Assembly (NCBI RefSeq): GCF_000010065.1
Contig: NC_006576.1
Coordinates: forward strand, 2,520,001 to 2,552,000
Length of the DNA stretch: 32,000 nt
Source of the DNA: Synechococcus elongatus PCC 6301
Lineage (GTDB): Bacteria > Cyanobacteriota > Cyanobacteriia > Synechococcales > Synechococcaceae
Direction: 5' to 3'
Both the position numbers and the translations under genes were made by a program. The notes below the pieces were generated by a model. The model saw only the letters and a list, made by a program, of their open reading frames with translations, had not been told where the DNA came from and ran no database searches. Shown here piece after piece: positions 28,561-32,000 of the stretch (positions within the stretch are counted from its first letter, which is position 1; each line of letters begins with the position of its first letter).

Positions 28561-29097
28561 TTAACGCGAGAGATTGCGCTTGAGAGCATTGAGCTCTTCC
28601 TCAATATCCCAGGCGTGGAAAGCAGCTTCGAGCGGGTCGTTAGGGTCAGCGGTGGGTGGGGTTCCCCAAGTCGCAGGGCTGGCTTGAACGGTTGCGAGTC
28701 GCTCTTTGACCTCTTGCTGTCGCACTTGCATTTGCCGATAAAGCTGTTGGCTCTGTTCAATCTGTTGCTTAACAGCGGTCATTTGGCCCCAGAGCTGATT
28801 GCCCTGCCGCAGCAAAGCGGCTTCGCGGGCTTGGGCGGGTTCCACCAAATCTAACCGTCCCTTGGCTTGAGCCTTCGCGATGCGTTCGTGCCACAGTTGC
28901 ACATCGCGCGCCGTCGCCAAAATCTTCTCTTGCAAGGCCTGCTCTTGACTCTGGAGCTGCTTGATCAGGCGGAGCGTATCGCTGGCCTGTTCATCGAGCT
29001 GTTCTGCCAAGGCCTGCAACTCGAGATGGGGATTGTCACGCAGATACTCTTCAAGACGGTCCTCTAAGAAGCGGCTGACATCGTCGAAAATGCTCAC
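28561..29097 (-). CDS. Coiled-coil protein, TIGR04376-like cyanobacterial family
   Basis: 178 aa, MSIFDDVSRFLEDRLEEYLRDNPHLELQALAEQLDEQ followed by a long heptad-like helical region. The family name is from recall. Confidence 0.7.
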   Translation of the reverse strand: MSIFDDVSRFLEDRLEEYLRDNPHLELQALAEQLDEQASDTLRLIKQLQSQEQALQEKILATARDVQLWHERIAKAQAKGRLDLVEPAQAREAALLRQGNQLWGQMTAVKQQIEQSQQLYRQMQVRQQEVKERLATVQASPATWGTPPTADPNDPLEAAFHAWDIEEELNALKRNLSR

Positions 29098-29200
29098 CGT
29101 GCGCCCTCGGTTCTCTTGCTTTCAGTATGCGGGCTGATTGGGGGATGGCGAGGAACATGCGATGCTGACTGCGATCGCAGCATTTCCGGTCTGAACCGAT

Positions 29201-30145
29201 ATGGATCTTTCTTCCCGAATTTTTGTGGCGGGCCACCGTGGTTTGGTGGGGGCTGCGATCGTTCGGCGTCTGCAGGCAGCAGGCTACCAGAATCTTGTGA
29301 CGGCTTCGCGATCGCAAGTGGATCTGCGGGATGCGATCGCGGTCGATCGCTTTTTTGCCGAGTATCAACCCGACTATGTTTTTCTGGCAGCAGCAAAAGT
29401 TGGTGGGATTTATGCGAACGATATCTATCCGGCAGACTTTATTCGCGACAACTTGCAGATTCAGACCAATGTGATCGATGCGGCCTACCGCCAGGGTTGC
29501 CAAAAGCTGCTGTTTTTGGGGTCGACCTGCATCTATCCCAAATTTGCGCCCCAGCCGATGCCAGAAAGCTGTCTGCTGACAGGGGAGTTGGAGCCGACCA
29601 ATGAATGGTATGCGATCGCAAAAATCGCGGGTATTAAACTCTGTCAGGCCTACCGCAAACAATATGGCTTCAACGCGATTAGCTTGATGCCAACCAATCT
29701 TTACGGGCCAGAAGATAACTTCCACCCTGAGAATAGTCATGTTTTGCCAGCCTTGATTCGGCGCTTTTTGGAAGCGAAAGAAGCCAATCAAGCAGAAGTC
29801 GTTTGCTGGGGAACCGGCAGTCCTCGCCGCGAATTTCTCTACGTGGATGACCTGGCCGATGCTTGTCTGTTTCTGATGCAGACCTACAACGAACCTGAGA
29901 TTGTGAATGTCGGTGTTGGTCACGACATTTCGATTCGCGAACTGGCAGAACTCGTGGCTCAAACGGTGGGCTACGGCGGCGCGATCGCCTGGGATAGCAG
30001 CAAGCCAGATGGCACGCCCCGCAAGCTCGTCGATGTTCAGCGGCTGACCCAGTTGGGCTGGACTGCTCAAACTTCGCTAGAACTGGGGTTGCGACAAACG
30101 CTGGATTGGTTCTTGGCCCATCGTCTGCAAGAAGCTCGTCTCTAA
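29201..30145 (+). CDS. fcl: GDP-L-fucose synthase
   Basis: 314 aa with [110 protein letters not shown]. Confidence 0.95.
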   Translation: MDLSSRIFVAGHRGLVGAAIVRRLQAAGYQNLVTASRSQVDLRDAIAVDRFFAEYQPDYVFLAAAKVGGIYANDIYPADFIRDNLQIQTNVIDAAYRQGCQKLLFLGSTCIYPKFAPQPMPESCLLTGELEPTNEWYAIAKIAGIKLCQAYRKQYGFNAISLMPTNLYGPEDNFHPENSHVLPALIRRFLEAKEANQAEVVCWGTGSPRREFLYVDDLADACLFLMQTYNEPEIVNVGVGHDISIRELAELVAQTVGYGGAIAWDSSKPDGTPRKLVDVQRLTQLGWTAQTSLELGLRQTLDWFLAHRLQEARL

Positions 30146-30191
30146 ACAGCGCGATCGCAACTGTCCTGTCTGTCCTGGCTTTTCGGTTGGA

Positions 30192-31586
30192 GTGAATTTG
30201 CGAACCATTCGGGCTGAGCTGCAACAGTTCCTGCAGCTAGCGATTCCCTTGGCGGCTGCCCAAGTTGCTCAGGCGGCAGTGGGCTTTGTCGATACGGTGA
30301 TGATGGGGCGACTCGGCCCGGAGCCCTTGGCGGCTGGGGGCTTAGCTTCAGCCCTTTTCCAGTTCATTTTGGCCACGGCTAGCGGGGTCGTGATGGCAGT
30401 CAGCCCGCTGGTAGCGGAGGCCCAGGGAGCGGGTAAAGACTACAAAATTGCGGCGATCGCGCGACAAGGTCTGTGGCTGTCGGTGCTGCTGGGGCTGCCG
30501 GTGATGCTGATCATCAGCCAGCTTGCCCGCCTGATGCCAGTGCTGGGGCAGTCGGCAACCACGATCGCCCTGGCCCGAGACTACTGGATGGCAGTGCTCT
30601 GGGGCATCATTCCCGGCCTTGGGTTTGCCATGCTGCGGGGCTACGTTGCAGCCCTTGAGCAGGCTCGGATTATCCTGCCGTTGGTGTTGTTTGGCACGCT
30701 AGTCAACGGACTGGGTAACTATTTGCTGGGCTACGGACAGCTAGGGTTTCCACGGCTGGAACTAACGGGCTTGGGCCTCTCAAGTGCCCTGGGGCTCTGG
30801 GTGATGTTTTTGGGCCTGCTCGCCTATACCGCCTGGCAGCCGAAGCTGCGCCGCTATCCCTTTTGGCAGGACTGGCGACGGCTGCAGCCGTCGATCTGCC
30901 GTCAGATTTTGCAATTGGGCTGGGCGATCGCGGTCACGGTGGCCGTGGAATTTGGCCTGTTTACAATCATCACAATTTTGATGGGAGCGATCGGCGTCGA
31001 GGCTTTGGCCGCCCATCAGACAGTTTCCCAAACAATCATCTTGATTTTCATGGTGCCCTTGGGCTGTTCCTTCGCCGTAACTGTGCGCGTTGGCTGGTGG
31101 TTGGGTCGCCAGGATGGCCTTGGAGCTCGACGTGCCGGTCTGGTGGGAGTAGGGGCGATCGCCCTGTGGATGCTGTTACTGGCGATCCCTCTGGCTCTAT
31201 TCCCCCGCGCGATCGTCGGTATCTACGTGGATCTCAACAATCCTGTCAATGCCGGACTATTGAACTTGGCTTTACCCATGCTGCGCGTTGCCTCCCTGGC
31301 GCTGGTGCTCGATGGTGTGCAGCGTGTCGCGATGGGAGCGCTACATGGCCTGCAAGATACTCGCATTCCGCTGCTGCTTAGTCTGCTGGCTTTTTGGATG
31401 GTTGGGGTCGGCAGTAGCGCGATGCTAGGGTTTCAATTGGGTTGGGGCAGCACCGGTCTCTGGATTGGTCAATCTTTGGGCGTGGCGATCGCAGGGGGAC
31501 TGTTCCTGCAGCGCTTTTTGAAATTGACCCAAAATCGAACATTCAAGCAACGCCTGCAGCCTCAGCCGCTAGCTACTCATCCCTAA
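30192..31586 (+). CDS. MATE-family multidrug/Na+ efflux transporter
   Basis: 464 aa, about 12 hydrophobic segments; IPLAAAQVAQAAVGFVDTVMMGRLGPEPLAAGGLASALF, AHQTVSQTIILIFMVPLGCSFAVTVRVGWWLG, LALVLDGVQRVAMGALHGLQDTRIP. Confidence 0.9.
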   Translation: MNLRTIRAELQQFLQLAIPLAAAQVAQAAVGFVDTVMMGRLGPEPLAAGGLASALFQFILATASGVVMAVSPLVAEAQGAGKDYKIAAIARQGLWLSVLLGLPVMLIISQLARLMPVLGQSATTIALARDYWMAVLWGIIPGLGFAMLRGYVAALEQARIILPLVLFGTLVNGLGNYLLGYGQLGFPRLELTGLGLSSALGLWVMFLGLLAYTAWQPKLRRYPFWQDWRRLQPSICRQILQLGWAIAVTVAVEFGLFTIITILMGAIGVEALAAHQTVSQTIILIFMVPLGCSFAVTVRVGWWLGRQDGLGARRAGLVGVGAIALWMLLLAIPLALFPRAIVGIYVDLNNPVNAGLLNLALPMLRVASLALVLDGVQRVAMGALHGLQDTRIPLLLSLLAFWMVGVGSSAMLGFQLGWGSTGLWIGQSLGVAIAGGLFLQRFLKLTQNRTFKQRLQPQPLATHP

Positions 31587-31621
31587 TTGCACTGAATCTT
31601 GAGGACTGGAGTCCCAGACTG

Positions 31622-31963
31622 CTAAGACGGGGATTGTAAGCCTTGCCCCCAGGCATGCAGCCCCTCCAACACTGGCAGCAGGGCTTGTCCACGCTCGGTC
31701 AAGGCGTATTCAACGCGGGGTGGTACTTCTGGATAGACCGTGCGATCCAGCACTCCATCCGCTTCAAGTTCACGGAGCTGGCTAGTCAAGACTTTTTGGC
31801 TAACCCCAACGAGCGATCGCTGCAGATCAGAAAAGCGACGCACCCCCTCCGCTAGCTCCCGAATAATCAGCAACTTCCAGCGACCTTGCATCACCCGCAG
31901 CGCTACTTCGGCAGGGCAATTGCTGTGATCATGACTTTCTAAATAGCCGGATTCTGAATCCAT
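31622..31963 (-). CDS. HxlR-family winged-helix transcriptional regulator
   Basis: 113 aa with CPAEVALRVMQGRWKLLIIRELAEGVRRFSDLQRSLVGVSQKVLTSQLRELEADGVLDRTVYPEVPPRVEYALTERGQALLPVL, the canonical HxlR signature. Confidence 0.95.
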   Translation of the reverse strand: MDSESGYLESHDHSNCPAEVALRVMQGRWKLLIIRELAEGVRRFSDLQRSLVGVSQKVLTSQLRELEADGVLDRTVYPEVPPRVEYALTERGQALLPVLEGLHAWGQGLQSPS

Positions 31964-32000
31964 ATTTACAAACAGCTAACCAACGTACTTTTGGCTTCGT

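Overview
Cyanobacterial chromosomal window, very likely Synechococcus elongatus (PCC 6301/7942-like). This rests on dense HIP1 octamers (GCGATCGC), psbI, a cyanobacterial-type rpoZ and unlinked glcE/glcF, and is inference because no database was searched. Most of the window is ordinary core genome: a FAD-dependent phytoene-dehydrogenase-like protein, an orphan sulfate/thiosulfate-binding protein, a HEAT-repeat protein, icd, glcE, glcF, a large PAS-GGDEF-EAL protein, upp, an alpha/beta hydrolase overlapping a fatty-acid-desaturase-like gene, rpoZ, a membrane GTPase, an M3 oligopeptidase, an OstA/LptD-like beta-barrel protein, psbI (absent from the supplied ORF track), a GH38 alpha-mannosidase, a GDP-L-fucose synthase, a MATE transporter and an HxlR regulator. 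The most unusual feature is at 18824..20851 (-). There about 148 aa resembling the N-terminus of a glycosyltransferase-like protein are fused in frame to an M3 oligopeptidase lacking its normal first ~170 aa. This is the signature of a rearrangement junction, or of an assembly join. No phage, CRISPR array, defence island or clearly new multigene system is supported.
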